Assembly (NCBI GenBank): GCA_019326865.1
Contig: GCA_019326865.1_4101.1
Strand: one strand, 5' to 3'
DNA from: a phage
DNA length: 64,000 nt
The notes below the pieces were generated by a model that saw only the letters and a program-made list of their open reading frames with translations, searched no databases and was not told the origin of the DNA. This document shows positions 27,150 through 38,515 of this stretch, piece after piece. Made by a program: the position numbers and the translations under genes. The first letter of the stretch is position 1, and every line of letters starts with the position of its first letter.

Positions 27150-27527
27150 ATGGCTGCTAATGACGTTAAAGTAAAAACTATTCAAGCTATCGTAGTACTG
27201 AAAGATTCAACTCCATCTCCTAAAGAATTGGTAATGGCTGGGATGACAATGCTTCATCAATACAATCCTGAATCACCAAATTATGTTCAAGAATACGAAG
27301 CAAAGCAGTTTAAAGAACATTGGCAGTCATGGATTAAAGATAATGAAATGGAGCAAGTTGTTTATGCTGCTGATGACATTTTCGAATTAGAACAAATTGA
27401 ATATCTAGCAGGTCAACAATCTGTGCCGTTGAGTATCTTCGGTAATGGTGAAGAAGTCTTAGTTCTAGGACCATTCACTGCCGATGTAATTACACACTTA
27501 CTAAGTAATTGTGAAAAAATTGGCTAA
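27150..27527 (+). CDS. hypothetical protein
   Basis: 125 aa ORF. Confidence 0.55.
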   Translation: MAANDVKVKTIQAIVVLKDSTPSPKELVMAGMTMLHQYNPESPNYVQEYEAKQFKEHWQSWIKDNEMEQVVYAADDIFELEQIEYLAGQQSVPLSIFGNGEEVLVLGPFTADVITHLLSNCEKIG

Positions 27528-27790
27528 ATGCTTAAAATTATCAGGATACCGAAACAATACATTGATGTTAAATAATATAAAGTATTGGGTTGATCCATAC
27601 TTTAATAATTCATTGTTAATGTACAGAGATAAAAGTCGAGATTTATACGGAATATATGTTACACAGTTAATATATGCTATAGATTCAGAACATTTTACTC
27701 CGTTGGTATACCTGTACTGTTTGTATAATTCAGAATAAGTATTAGCACCTCTAAATAATGTATATATAAACATTAATGAGGTGCTTTTTT

Positions 27791-28582
27791 ATGTCTTACA
27801 ATTATATGGGTGGAAATCCAGATGCTCCTAACTTTGATCATCGTGAAAAACTGAAAGATGTTATCACTCAAATGTTGGGAGCAGGTGCAGTTGAGGTAGA
27901 AATTACTGATGGTCAATTAGAAATTGCAATTGATAATGCTGTATCAAATTACAGAGCGTGGAGTTCTGCTTCTAAAGAAGAAGCTTTTTTAAATATGAAA
28001 TTTTATGATTCACAATCTGTATATATGCTCCCAACTGAAGTTGAAATAGTTAAAAAGATTTACCGCTATGGTAATGGTTATTTAAGTTCTGGGTCAGGTA
28101 ACAGCGTAGACCCATTCTCATTGGCATTCACGAATACATATCTATTGACGTCGGCTAGGAATGCAGGTGGATATGATCTAACAACTTATGATTTCAGCTT
28201 TCAATTTCAAGAATTGGTTGGTCGTATGTTTGGACGTGAAATTATATTCCAATTTAACCCAATGACTAAGAAACTTATTATTGATCGTGATATTCGCGGT
28301 ACAGAAGAAGTATTACTACATGTGTATCATAATATTCCAGAACCATTATTGTTCCAACGTCAGCAAAGCTACCCGTGGCTTCGTGATTGGGCATTGTCTG
28401 AAGCAATGATTATGCTTGGTCGTAACCGTGCTAAGTTTGCTAGTTTGCCTGGACCACAAGGGACATTTTCAATGGATGGTGATACATTAAGAAATGAAGG
28501 TATCCAATTACAAGAACAACTTAAAGAACAGTTGAAGCGATATAAAGATGGTGGAGAACCACTTGGAATGATTATCGGGTAA
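27791..28582 (+). CDS. putative virion structural protein
   Basis: start at second ATG (MSYNY...) with GAGGTG RBS; position at the head of the structural block; no family recognised. Confidence 0.5.
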   Translation: MSYNYMGGNPDAPNFDHREKLKDVITQMLGAGAVEVEITDGQLEIAIDNAVSNYRAWSSASKEEAFLNMKFYDSQSVYMLPTEVEIVKKIYRYGNGYLSSGSGNSVDPFSLAFTNTYLLTSARNAGGYDLTTYDFSFQFQELVGRMFGREIIFQFNPMTKKLIIDRDIRGTEEVLLHVYHNIPEPLLFQRQQSYPWLRDWALSEAMIMLGRNRAKFASLPGPQGTFSMDGDTLRNEGIQLQEQLKEQLKRYKDGGEPLGMIIG

Positions 28583-28609
28583 ATTTTAAACATTAAAAAA
28601 GAGTACTAT

Positions 28610-30604
28610 ATGAATAATGAAGAATTGAAAAAACTTTTGTTGTCAAAACATATTAATTCATGGGTACATTTATACAAAGGGGACTCTCATGTGAGGGATC
28701 TCCTTTCTGTTTTTGGAATAGAACCAAAAACTGATTTCGAAATATATAAAATTCTATATATGTTCATGAATGATATAACAACAGTTCCAACTGCATATTG
28801 TGGAAAAAAAGCAAGATACAAAAATTATCAAAAAGGATTTTATAAATTTTGTGATGATTATGTAATTAATAAGAAAAATACGTGTAATGTATGCCATGAG
28901 ATGTATTATAAAAATCGAACTAATAAAACAAAATCAACATTAATGAATATGTATGGTGTATCTAATGTATCCCAGATCCAAGAAGTAAAACAAAAGAAAG
29001 AAAAAACTAACATTGAACGTTATGGTGTCTCTACTAATTTACAGACAACAGAATCTAAAGAGAAAATCAAACAAACTAATATAGAGCGATATGGATGTGA
29101 ATATCCAAATCAAAACCCTGAAATATTCAATAAAGTAAAAGAAACAAATTTAAAAAAGTACGGTGTTGAATTCCAAAGTAAAAGAAATGAAGTAAAAGAG
29201 AAAGCCAAAAATACAAATATATTAAGATACGGAACTGAGTATTCTTTATCATCACCGACTATTCGTGAAAAAATCAATAAAACAAATCTTGAACGATATG
29301 GTGGAAACCCACTATCAAATAAATTTATCCAAGATAAAATAAAAAACACCAACACATTGAAGTATAATTCATTTTACCCAATGAGCAATATGAGTGTTCA
29401 GGAAAAAGTTCATAATACCAATGTGGAGAGATATGGTGTAAAACACCCAGCCCAAAATAATTCTATTATTGAAAAAATGAAAGAAACCACAAAAAATAGA
29501 TATGGTTCAGAACATTACTCACAAACTGATGAGTATAAAGAAAAAATGTCATTTGCTCGTCTAGATGAAAGATATAATATAATTGTTGCAAATATTGATA
29601 AAAACTATATTCCATTATTTGAAAACACCGACCTGATGATGAAAGTTAATACAGACGAATACCCATTTTGGTGTGAGTATTGTGATGATTTGTTTTATAG
29701 TAAGTATAAAAATCATAAAGTGAAATGTAAGTGTCAGAAAAATAATGGTCATTCATTGAAAGAGAAAGATTTAGTTGATTATATAAAATCATTAATACCA
29801 AATATGCAAATTATAGAAAATGACCGTTCAGTACTGAAACCTAAAGAGTTGGATGTGTATATCCCTGACCGAAATCTAGCTATTGAATTTAATGGTGTGT
29901 ATTGGCATAATGATGAAAATGTCAATTCCACTAAACATCAAGATAAGGTATTGGATTGTTTAAAACATGGGGTAAATCTTATTCACATTTATGAAGATGA
30001 ATGGGATAACCCATTAACAAATAAAATTATCAAGGAACGTTTAAAGAATAAACTTCTAGTGTCAAATAGAATTTATGCTAGAAAATGTACTGTTAGAAAT
30101 ATAGACAAACAAGTAAGTAATATGTTTACTAAATCACACCATATTCAAGGTGTTGCACAAGCAAGTATTCACATTGGTCTTTATTATGGAAGTGATTTAG
30201 TTGCAGTTATGACCTTTGGTAAATCAAGGTTTGATAAAAACTATGAATATGAATTAATCAGATACTGTTCATCCGGTACAGTTGTTGGTGGTGCATCAAA
30301 ATTACTAAAATATTTTGAAACAGTATATAATCCACAATCATTATTGACATATGCTGATATGGATTGGAGTAGTGGTGATCTTTATACAGTTCTTGGCTTT
30401 GAGTTTGATAGCTATACAGAACCTGGATATTTTTATTATGACCCACAAACACATGAGAGGATTTCACGTCAGAAATGTCAAAAACATAAATTGGTCAAGA
30501 AAGGTCATGATATCAACTTAACCGAGAGACAAATTTGCTGTGAGGTATTGGGATATTATAAGATTTACAACTCTGGTAATATAAAATACACAAAAAAATA
30601 TTAA
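28610..30604 (+). CDS. multidomain protein: Cys-rich N-terminus, nine tandem repeats of about 23 aa, PD-(D/E)XK nuclease-like domain, C-terminal domain of unknown function
   Basis: repeat core K-x-T-N-x-E-R-Y-G occurs nine times; ELDVYIPDRNLAIEFNGVYWH resembles the DUF559/Vsr-like nuclease core. Confidence 0.6.
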   Translation: MNNEELKKLLLSKHINSWVHLYKGDSHVRDLLSVFGIEPKTDFEIYKILYMFMNDITTVPTAYCGKKARYKNYQKGFYKFCDDYVINKKNTCNVCHEMYYKNRTNKTKSTLMNMYGVSNVSQIQEVKQKKEKTNIERYGVSTNLQTTESKEKIKQTNIERYGCEYPNQNPEIFNKVKETNLKKYGVEFQSKRNEVKEKAKNTNILRYGTEYSLSSPTIREKINKTNLERYGGNPLSNKFIQDKIKNTNTLKYNSFYPMSNMSVQEKVHNTNVERYGVKHPAQNNSIIEKMKETTKNRYGSEHYSQTDEYKEKMSFARLDERYNIIVANIDKNYIPLFENTDLMMKVNTDEYPFWCEYCDDLFYSKYKNHKVKCKCQKNNGHSLKEKDLVDYIKSLIPNMQIIENDRSVLKPKELDVYIPDRNLAIEFNGVYWHNDENVNSTKHQDKVLDCLKHGVNLIHIYEDEWDNPLTNKIIKERLKNKLLVSNRIYARKCTVRNIDKQVSNMFTKSHHIQGVAQASIHIGLYYGSDLVAVMTFGKSRFDKNYEYELIRYCSSGTVVGGASKLLKYFETVYNPQSLLTYADMDWSSGDLYTVLGFEFDSYTEPGYFYYDPQTHERISRQKCQKHKLVKKGHDINLTERQICCEVLGYYKIYNSGNIKYTKKY

Positions 30605-30610
30605 TAAAAA

Positions 30611-30639
30611 GACTCCTACATGGGGTCTTTTTTCTTTTT
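30611..30639 (+). terminator. intrinsic terminator
   Basis: stem GACTCC/GGGGTC (one G-U), long T-run. Confidence 0.6.
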
Positions 30640-30642
30640 CTG

Positions 30643-30651
30643 TGATATAAT
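30643..30651 (+). promoter_or_regulatory. extended -10 element TGATATAAT
   Basis: exact 9-mer; directly after the terminator and upstream of ORF 30679 and the dNMP kinase gene. Confidence 0.4.
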
Positions 30652-30678
30652 GTTAATATTAATAGAAGAGAATATATC

Positions 30679-30948
30679 ATGAATGATAATATAAATGTAA
30701 TGTATAACAGATATCGTTGTGGGAAACCAACGCTTGATTATGAATCCACGGAAAAGTACTGGAAATTTATAAAAGATTCAATAGTAGATGTCTTCGGTAG
30801 AGATCGTATAAATGCGTGGGCCAGTATATATCGTGATGAGCACGGAGAAACATTTTTCATTACTTATGTTTCTGTTTATAATAGTAACGAATCAATAGTT
30901 AAATTGCTTCAATGTTTGGTGGGGAAGGATTTGATTGTATTGGAATAA
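30679..30948 (+). CDS. hypothetical protein
   Basis: 89 aa ORF. Confidence 0.5.
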   Translation: MNDNINVMYNRYRCGKPTLDYESTEKYWKFIKDSIVDVFGRDRINAWASIYRDEHGETFFITYVSVYNSNESIVKLLQCLVGKDLIVLE

Positions 30949-30965
30949 TTTCATGGAGAAATATT

Positions 30966-31592
30966 ATGGAAAGACAAATAATCGCAATTAATGGAACAAT
31001 AGGAAGTGGAAAAGATACTTTTGCACAAACATTTATTGAAAATGGATATACAAAAATGTCATTTGCCACTAATTTAAAAGACTCAGTATCTTCTATTTTT
31101 GGGTGGGATCGTGAAATGCTTGAGGGAACGACTAAGGAAAGTCGCATGATTCGTGAAAAACCGGATAAGTACTGGTGTGAAAAATTGGGGCGTGATGATG
31201 TATCTCCTAGATGGGTATTACAAAATTACGGTACTAATATACTACGTAAGTATTTTCATAATGATATTTGGGTATTCAGTTTAGAAAAATCTATGCAAGA
31301 AGTAAATGGAAATATCATCATCACTGATTGTCGTTTTCCTAATGAATTAAAAATGATTAGATCTCAACATGGTACTATTATTGAAGTGCAACGTGTACTT
31401 CCACATTGGTATGGATTGGCGGCATCTTATAATAAAGGAAATATTAAAATTAAACCAGTAGAACTTGAATCAGTACATGAATCTGAGTGGGCGTGGATTG
31501 GAATAAACAAACCTGATATAATTATTCATAATAGCAGCACACTAGATGACTTACATCAAAAAGCAATGGCGATTATTTATTCTAATATGTAA
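30966..31592 (+). CDS. deoxynucleoside monophosphate kinase (T4 gp1-like)
   Basis: start moved to MERQ with GGAG RBS; P-loop INGTIGSGKDT parallels T4 gp1 LSGVKRSGKDT. Confidence 0.7.
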   Translation: MERQIIAINGTIGSGKDTFAQTFIENGYTKMSFATNLKDSVSSIFGWDREMLEGTTKESRMIREKPDKYWCEKLGRDDVSPRWVLQNYGTNILRKYFHNDIWVFSLEKSMQEVNGNIIITDCRFPNELKMIRSQHGTIIEVQRVLPHWYGLAASYNKGNIKIKPVELESVHESEWAWIGINKPDIIIHNSSTLDDLHQKAMAIIYSNM

Positions 31593-31689
31593 AATATAAA
31601 CAATAAAGACTTGTCATTTAGATCCTTCAATAAATAAGATTATACGAATATATAATTCGAACAACCAATTATTTTTGGAGGATTTTAAT

Positions 31690-34353
31690 ATGGCAGGAGA
31701 TCTACTCTCACCTGGCGTGTCTATCTCAGTAACTGATAACAGTATGAGTACTGCTGCTGCTCCAGGCACAGTACCACTATTTGTAATTGCTACTGCTGAA
31801 GACAAACTTGTTCCTGGTAGCAATGCAATTGCTGTAGGGACTACTAAAGCAAATGCAGGAAAACTACAGCTTTTGACATCACAGAAAAGCTCACTTGATA
31901 CCTATGGTACACCAATTTTCCAAACGAATAACGGTTCTGTTGTTCAGGGAGATGAACTAAACGAATATGGTCTACATGCAGTATATTCTTATCTAGGTAT
32001 TACTAATCGTGCGTATGTGATTCGTGCTGATATTGATCTAGCACAACTAGCACCAAGTGCACAAGCCCCAACAGGTCCAGTATCTAATGGCACGTTGTGG
32101 TTGGATACAGCACAATCACAAGTTGAGGCATATGTAGCTAAGAAAGACAACCCTAGTAGTTTTTATGATTGGCAACTTAAACCAGTTACTATTGTAAGTG
32201 CAGAAGAAATTGAGGATGTAAGTTTAGTAGGTTTGAATGTTGATGATTTGGTTCTACGTTATAAACCAAGTAATGGTCAGATGCTAATGTATAAACGTTC
32301 TGCTTCTGGTTTGGTGCAAATGGAAACTTACCTATCACCAATCAACAAAGTTCCAGTAGGCTCCACTGTGGAGAAAGGTAACATTTGGATTCGTGATGGA
32401 TATACCCAAAATGGCTCAAACTATTTTGGTACTCGTTTTGTTATTAAACGTTATGCATCTTTAACTCAAGTTTGGAATATTGTACCAGCATTTACTGGTA
32501 ATTCATTCCAAGAAATTGAAGCGAAAAGTGGTGTTCTAAACAATAGTTATATCGCATCTCGCTTTGATGATGATAGCAAAAGTTTCACTTTTTATATTCA
32601 AAGTGCAAAACTATCAACAATTAGTGCTCCTGCTTTGCCATTAGGTGAAACCATTATTGAACAAGCAGGTGATGATAGTTATATGATTTTTACTTATTTG
32701 AACAAATCTGTTAAAGTTCTAGCAGTACCGAACGGTGGTGTTATCAATACACAAACTATCATCAATAATCTAAATTCCAATGCTGAAGTAATTAACGATG
32801 GTTTTAAATTCAAACGTGAAACTAATGGTGGTTTGGTTATTACCAACACTAAAGGGTACAGTTTCAAAATTACCCAAAGTGGTGATGATATTTTTGCAGC
32901 AGATGAGCTACAAAAACTAACTGTAAACAGTAACAACTACTCCCAAATCAATCTTAAAAACTTCCGTGTTAGTTATGAAGTACCACGTAATATCGCAAAA
33001 GATGGTACATTATGGTATAATTTTGGAAACTCTGATAATTTAAATGTTACTTTGTATGTAGCTGATGTAGCAAACGACAAATGGGAACTTGTTCAAGACG
33101 AAAACAAATATGTACAAGTCGATGAGCCAGCAGCAGATCGTACAATTTGGGTATGCCCTCTTTCACAAGGTATCGATGGATACGAATTCTATCGTAATGT
33201 CGATGGTGAATGGGTTAAACTTGACAATACAGATCAAAGCACATTAAATGGTATGGTTTTCCATGACTTTAATACTCCATCAAAAGTTCCCGCTGCTGCA
33301 TTGTATCAAAATGGTATGTTGGCAGTAGACTTAGGCAATACTGAAGGTGTTGTTAAGAAAATGGTTAATGGAAAATGGGAAGTTGTTAGTGGTGTAAGTA
33401 TTGATGGTGCTGGTTTGTTTGGTCGTGCTGCACAACGTCAACTTGTCGTCGAAGCACTGGCAGCAGTTATTGTTGGTAATGATGAAATTCGTTCCGAATT
33501 TATTGATTTCAATCTAATTTGTGTACCTGGTTATGTTGAAACTCTAGCTGAATGTGTAACTTTAAATACAGATCGTAAAGAAACTGCATTTATCGTAACT
33601 GACGTTCCTGCACGATTGGACCCAACTGGTAATGGTAGTGCTGTTCAGAAATGGGCTACTAATGCTAATAATGCACCAAGTAATGGCCCAGTTGGTAGAA
33701 CAACTGCATATGATTATGCAGCCCAGTACATGGGGTGGTGTCTAAGTACAAACGTAGATGGTATGGAAGTTGCTGTACCAGGAAGCACTATTGCAATGCG
33801 TACTTATGCATATAGTGATAGCGTTAGTTATGTGTGGTATCCACCTGCTGGTACAACTCGTGGCGTTGTGACTAATGCTGCAAGTACTGGTTTCATTAAT
33901 AGTGAAGGTGAATATCAACCAGTTGTATACAATCAAGGCCAACGTGATGTTATGTATACAAACAACATTAACCCAATTGCAATGCGTCCGAATCGTGGTT
34001 TACTTGTGTATGGAGATAAAACGCTATCTGCTAATCAAACATCAGCACTAAGCCGCGTTAACGTCGCACGTTTAGTTGTTTATATTCGTCGTCAACTTGA
34101 AATTATTTCTGAACCATTCCTATTCCGTTTGAATACCCCAAGTACTCGTCAGGAATTCAGTGGTGTAGTTAATAGTTTCTTGGCAGAAATTGTTCAACAA
34201 CAAGGTCTATATAATTTCGCAGTAGTTTGTGACGAAAGTAACAACACTTCTGAACGTATTGACCGTAATGAACTTTGGATGGATATTGCAATCCAACCAA
34301 CCAAGTCTATTAACTTCATATACGTACCAATTCGTATTGAAAAGACTCAATAA
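31690..34353 (+). CDS. tail sheath protein (T4 gp18-like)
   Basis: start at MAGDLLSPG with GGAGG RBS; LLSPGV N-terminal signature and about 890 aa as in contractile sheath proteins. Confidence 0.8.
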   Translation: MAGDLLSPGVSISVTDNSMSTAAAPGTVPLFVIATAEDKLVPGSNAIAVGTTKANAGKLQLLTSQKSSLDTYGTPIFQTNNGSVVQGDELNEYGLHAVYSYLGITNRAYVIRADIDLAQLAPSAQAPTGPVSNGTLWLDTAQSQVEAYVAKKDNPSSFYDWQLKPVTIVSAEEIEDVSLVGLNVDDLVLRYKPSNGQMLMYKRSASGLVQMETYLSPINKVPVGSTVEKGNIWIRDGYTQNGSNYFGTRFVIKRYASLTQVWNIVPAFTGNSFQEIEAKSGVLNNSYIASRFDDDSKSFTFYIQSAKLSTISAPALPLGETIIEQAGDDSYMIFTYLNKSVKVLAVPNGGVINTQTIINNLNSNAEVINDGFKFKRETNGGLVITNTKGYSFKITQSGDDIFAADELQKLTVNSNNYSQINLKNFRVSYEVPRNIAKDGTLWYNFGNSDNLNVTLYVADVANDKWELVQDENKYVQVDEPAADRTIWVCPLSQGIDGYEFYRNVDGEWVKLDNTDQSTLNGMVFHDFNTPSKVPAAALYQNGMLAVDLGNTEGVVKKMVNGKWEVVSGVSIDGAGLFGRAAQRQLVVEALAAVIVGNDEIRSEFIDFNLICVPGYVETLAECVTLNTDRKETAFIVTDVPARLDPTGNGSAVQKWATNANNAPSNGPVGRTTAYDYAAQYMGWCLSTNVDGMEVAVPGSTIAMRTYAYSDSVSYVWYPPAGTTRGVVTNAASTGFINSEGEYQPVVYNQGQRDVMYTNNINPIAMRPNRGLLVYGDKTLSANQTSALSRVNVARLVVYIRRQLEIISEPFLFRLNTPSTRQEFSGVVNSFLAEIVQQQGLYNFAVVCDESNNTSERIDRNELWMDIAIQPTKSINFIYVPIRIEKTQ

Positions 34354-34360
34354 AACACAA

Positions 34361-34387
34361 AGGGAACCTCGTGGTTCCCTTTTTTAT
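34361..34387 (+). terminator. intrinsic terminator after sheath gene
   Basis: stem AGGGAACC/GGTTCCCT, loop TCGT, T7 run. Confidence 0.75.
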
Positions 34388-34741
34388 TATTTAAAATTAA
34401 ATATATTATCTATTAATCACACTTTTTGGATATATTATGGAAGAAATACTCAAAAAAACATTACAAGAAGTTAGTAACACCGTATCAACACAGGCTGAAT
34501 CATTATTAATATTAAAAGCATTTATGGAGAATTTAGAACATTGTCGGTATTATTTGTGGTTATACTGTATACACAAATGGTAAATGGTCTATTGGAATAA
34601 ATTATATAGATTATAAACAAACTAAAAAATACTTGTATTGTGTTAATATAGATTGGTTCCCATGTTAATGACATACTTGAATAAAAGTATAAGTAATCGA
34701 TAAATAAAATAAAGATGTCATTCCATGATAGGAGAATATAA

Positions 34742-35428
34742 ATGGCTACAATGCTTGATCGATATGGCGTGCCGCTGGCAGGTGGTGGTCGTATCTCTAT
34801 GAAACAACCGAAGGCAAAATATAAATTTCGTGTCATTTTCTTTGGTTTCGGTACTAATGATGATGGTAATATGATTACACTAGACACTAATACCGTAGGT
34901 GCAGTATCGGTATCACATGAAAACGTTACTGTTCATAGTTATAACAGTTCTGCACACTATAAAGGTAAGTACACATGGGATACTATTGAAATTGCTTTCC
35001 GTGATTCAGTTGGTAATGCTTCTGCTAAAGCACTATATAACCAAATGCGTAAAGAATTTAACTATTATAGTCAAGAATCACGTATGACCGATTCTCAATT
35101 CAAGTTCGAAATGTGGATTCAAGAACTTGATGGCTCTAATAGTGAAAATACGTCAAACCTGTTTGAAGGTACATTAAGTACTTGGGTATGTCAAGGTTGC
35201 TTTATTGAATCTAGTAACTTTGGTGATTGGGACTATTCTTCAAGTGATGCACAAGTCATTTCTATGACAGTACAACCTGATGGGTGTGCCAAGTTGGGTC
35301 CAAACGGTGAAGCATTTGGTGATGAAGTTAGTGGTTTCGGTAATCCATCAACAGCTACTTCTATTTCTGGTGCACAAACTAATATTAGTAGCACTACACT
35401 ACCAGATAGTAATTTCTATGAAAAATAA
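34742..35428 (+). CDS. putative tail tube protein, paralog 1
   Basis: immediately downstream of the sheath gene; N-terminus YGVPLAGGGRISMKQPKAKYKFRVIFFGFG paralogous to the next ORF. Confidence 0.5.
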   Translation: MATMLDRYGVPLAGGGRISMKQPKAKYKFRVIFFGFGTNDDGNMITLDTNTVGAVSVSHENVTVHSYNSSAHYKGKYTWDTIEIAFRDSVGNASAKALYNQMRKEFNYYSQESRMTDSQFKFEMWIQELDGSNSENTSNLFEGTLSTWVCQGCFIESSNFGDWDYSSSDAQVISMTVQPDGCAKLGPNGEAFGDEVSGFGNPSTATSISGAQTNISSTTLPDSNFYEK

Positions 35429-35447
35429 TTTCATTTAAACTTAATAT

Positions 35448-35476
35448 AGCCTCGAATCATTTCGAGGCTTTTTTTA
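35448..35476 (+). terminator. intrinsic terminator
   Basis: stem AGCCTCGAA/TTCGAGGCT, loop TCAT, T7 run. Confidence 0.75.
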
Positions 35477-35520
35477 TGCTAAATAAAGTATAATACCTTA
35501 TAAAATAAAAAGAGGTTGCT

Positions 35521-36297
35521 ATGGCAAATAACATGATTAATAAATATGGGGTTCCTTTACCATCAGGGCGTAATAGATCTATGCTACAACCAAAAGCAAA
35601 ATACAAGTTTCGTGTTATTGTATATAATTTCGGTACTGAAATAAATGAACGAGATCACATTGCACTTGATGTGGATAAAATAGATAGACCTACTGTCACA
35701 TTTAGTACACATAAACTGTATCAATTTACTACAAATACATCATATATTGGCAGTTATGATTGGGAACCAATCACATTATCGATCCGTGATTCGGTTGGTA
35801 ACGCTTCTGCAAAAGCATTATCTAGACAGTTACAAAAACAACTTGACTTTCAACGTAGAATAACATCAAGAAGAGTTCATGACTATGGTTCATATAAATT
35901 TGGATTAGTTATACAAATGCTTAGTGGACGTAACTCTGATGATACATTAGATAATTTGGGTAGAGATACATTAGTTGATGCATCCACCGCAGCAACAAAT
36001 AATACTGGATTGGTTAATGCTGTCGATCAATTTATAGGTGGTTCGTCTTATAATAGTGCTGGTGTCATGGAATACTTTGTTTTAACGGGATGTGTTATAC
36101 AAAACATAACATATGACTCTCTTGATTATAGTTCAAGTTCACCAGTTGAAATGGTAGTAACAATAAAACCAGATAACTGTATACAATTTGATAACATTGA
36201 AGAAATGTATAGTACCAGAATAAATTCTCTTTTACCTGAAAATGTCAATCAAGGATTAGATATCATTGATCGTGTTTTTGGTAATGTTGGATTTTAA
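35521..36297 (+). CDS. putative tail tube-family protein, paralog 2
   Basis: YGVPLPSGRNRSMLQPKAKYKFRVIVYNFG and SIRDSVGNASAKAL shared with paralog 1. Confidence 0.5.
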   Translation: MANNMINKYGVPLPSGRNRSMLQPKAKYKFRVIVYNFGTEINERDHIALDVDKIDRPTVTFSTHKLYQFTTNTSYIGSYDWEPITLSIRDSVGNASAKALSRQLQKQLDFQRRITSRRVHDYGSYKFGLVIQMLSGRNSDDTLDNLGRDTLVDASTAATNNTGLVNAVDQFIGGSSYNSAGVMEYFVLTGCVIQNITYDSLDYSSSSPVEMVVTIKPDNCIQFDNIEEMYSTRINSLLPENVNQGLDIIDRVFGNVGF

Positions 36298-36308
36298 GGA
36301 GATGATGG

Positions 36309-37403
36309 ATGAGTGATTTTTTTGATTCATTTGTCAGTACTGGCACAAGTATTGTAAATGGGGTTGTTGATAATATAGAAATAGTAAAAGACCCTGCATT
36401 CAAAAACTATAATGCTGCTCAACGTGTTTTTGGAACAGCAGGTGAAATGGGTTTTTCATTTTATAATTTACCTAAATTTAAAAATAGTTTTATAATTGAA
36501 TTTGTGTTAACTCCTTTTGCAAAAAACTTTATTAAAACTCAATTACCAGACACACATACTGGTTTTGACGTTAATAATGTATCATGTTTTGTTAAAGATG
36601 TTACATTACCAAGCTTTTCATTTAATATTGAAACAGTCAATCAATATAATAAAAAACGATTAGTTACTGGAGACATAGTTTATAAACCAAGTAATGTGGT
36701 TTTTTATGATACTGTTGATGGTGCTGGGTACTTATTATTGGATGCATATAGAAAGTTTTATTATGGTGATTTCTTTGATAAAAATCCCCAATCGTACCGT
36801 AATGATGTTCTAAGTACACCTGATAACTTTAATGGTTTGGGGGGTAACTGGGGTCGTTCCGTTATGAACAACGGTAATTATGATAACCAATACTTTTTTA
36901 AATCAATTAATATATATGAAATTGATAATGAAACATACACAGTACATAATATGATAAACGTATTCATCGAAGATGTACAGTTAGAAACTAAATCTATGGA
37001 AAGTGAAGCAGAACCGTCTGTTATTTCTTTAACTATGAGATACGAAGCATGTAACAACTTTGGACCTGATGGATATTTGAGTATTAGTGTACCTTCAATG
37101 GAGATTGCACATTTGATTACAAACACAGAAGGACTTGGTGTTAGTGGTTTCTTCAAATATTTTGGTGAATTGGATGATAAAACAACAGGAATAGAGACAG
37201 TTGGCAAAATTATCCGAGCAGGTACGTCAGTTAGTGATATAATCAGTAGTGTTGATGATATATTGCGTGGGGACACTACACCTGACACTATTAGAAACAT
37301 CGGGGCGGCTGTAACCAGAGGTTCTAATGCTATTGGATTTGGTAGTGTTGTGTCTGAAGCAAGTTCTAAATTTGGACTTGGTAATATACTAGGAGATTTC
37401 TAA
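36309..37403 (+). CDS. putative virion structural protein
   Basis: 364 aa ORF in the structural block. Confidence 0.5.
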   Translation: MSDFFDSFVSTGTSIVNGVVDNIEIVKDPAFKNYNAAQRVFGTAGEMGFSFYNLPKFKNSFIIEFVLTPFAKNFIKTQLPDTHTGFDVNNVSCFVKDVTLPSFSFNIETVNQYNKKRLVTGDIVYKPSNVVFYDTVDGAGYLLLDAYRKFYYGDFFDKNPQSYRNDVLSTPDNFNGLGGNWGRSVMNNGNYDNQYFFKSINIYEIDNETYTVHNMINVFIEDVQLETKSMESEAEPSVISLTMRYEACNNFGPDGYLSISVPSMEIAHLITNTEGLGVSGFFKYFGELDDKTTGIETVGKIIRAGTSVSDIISSVDDILRGDTTPDTIRNIGAAVTRGSNAIGFGSVVSEASSKFGLGNILGDF

Positions 37404-37475
37404 CACACATTTCGTGGAATATTGAAATGTTTAGAATTAAATATTGTTAAATTAATAAAATCAAAAGGTATATAA

Positions 37476-38486
<1,011 letters not shown>

Positions 38487-38515
38487 CTAAAACATCTATT
38501 TAATGGAGTTATTAA

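Noticed and set aside
27501-27773. 90-aa minus-strand ORF in the 27528-27790 intergenic region
   Set aside because: Opposite to the orientation of the whole block and overlaps the candidate + strand small ORF; low-complexity Y/N-rich
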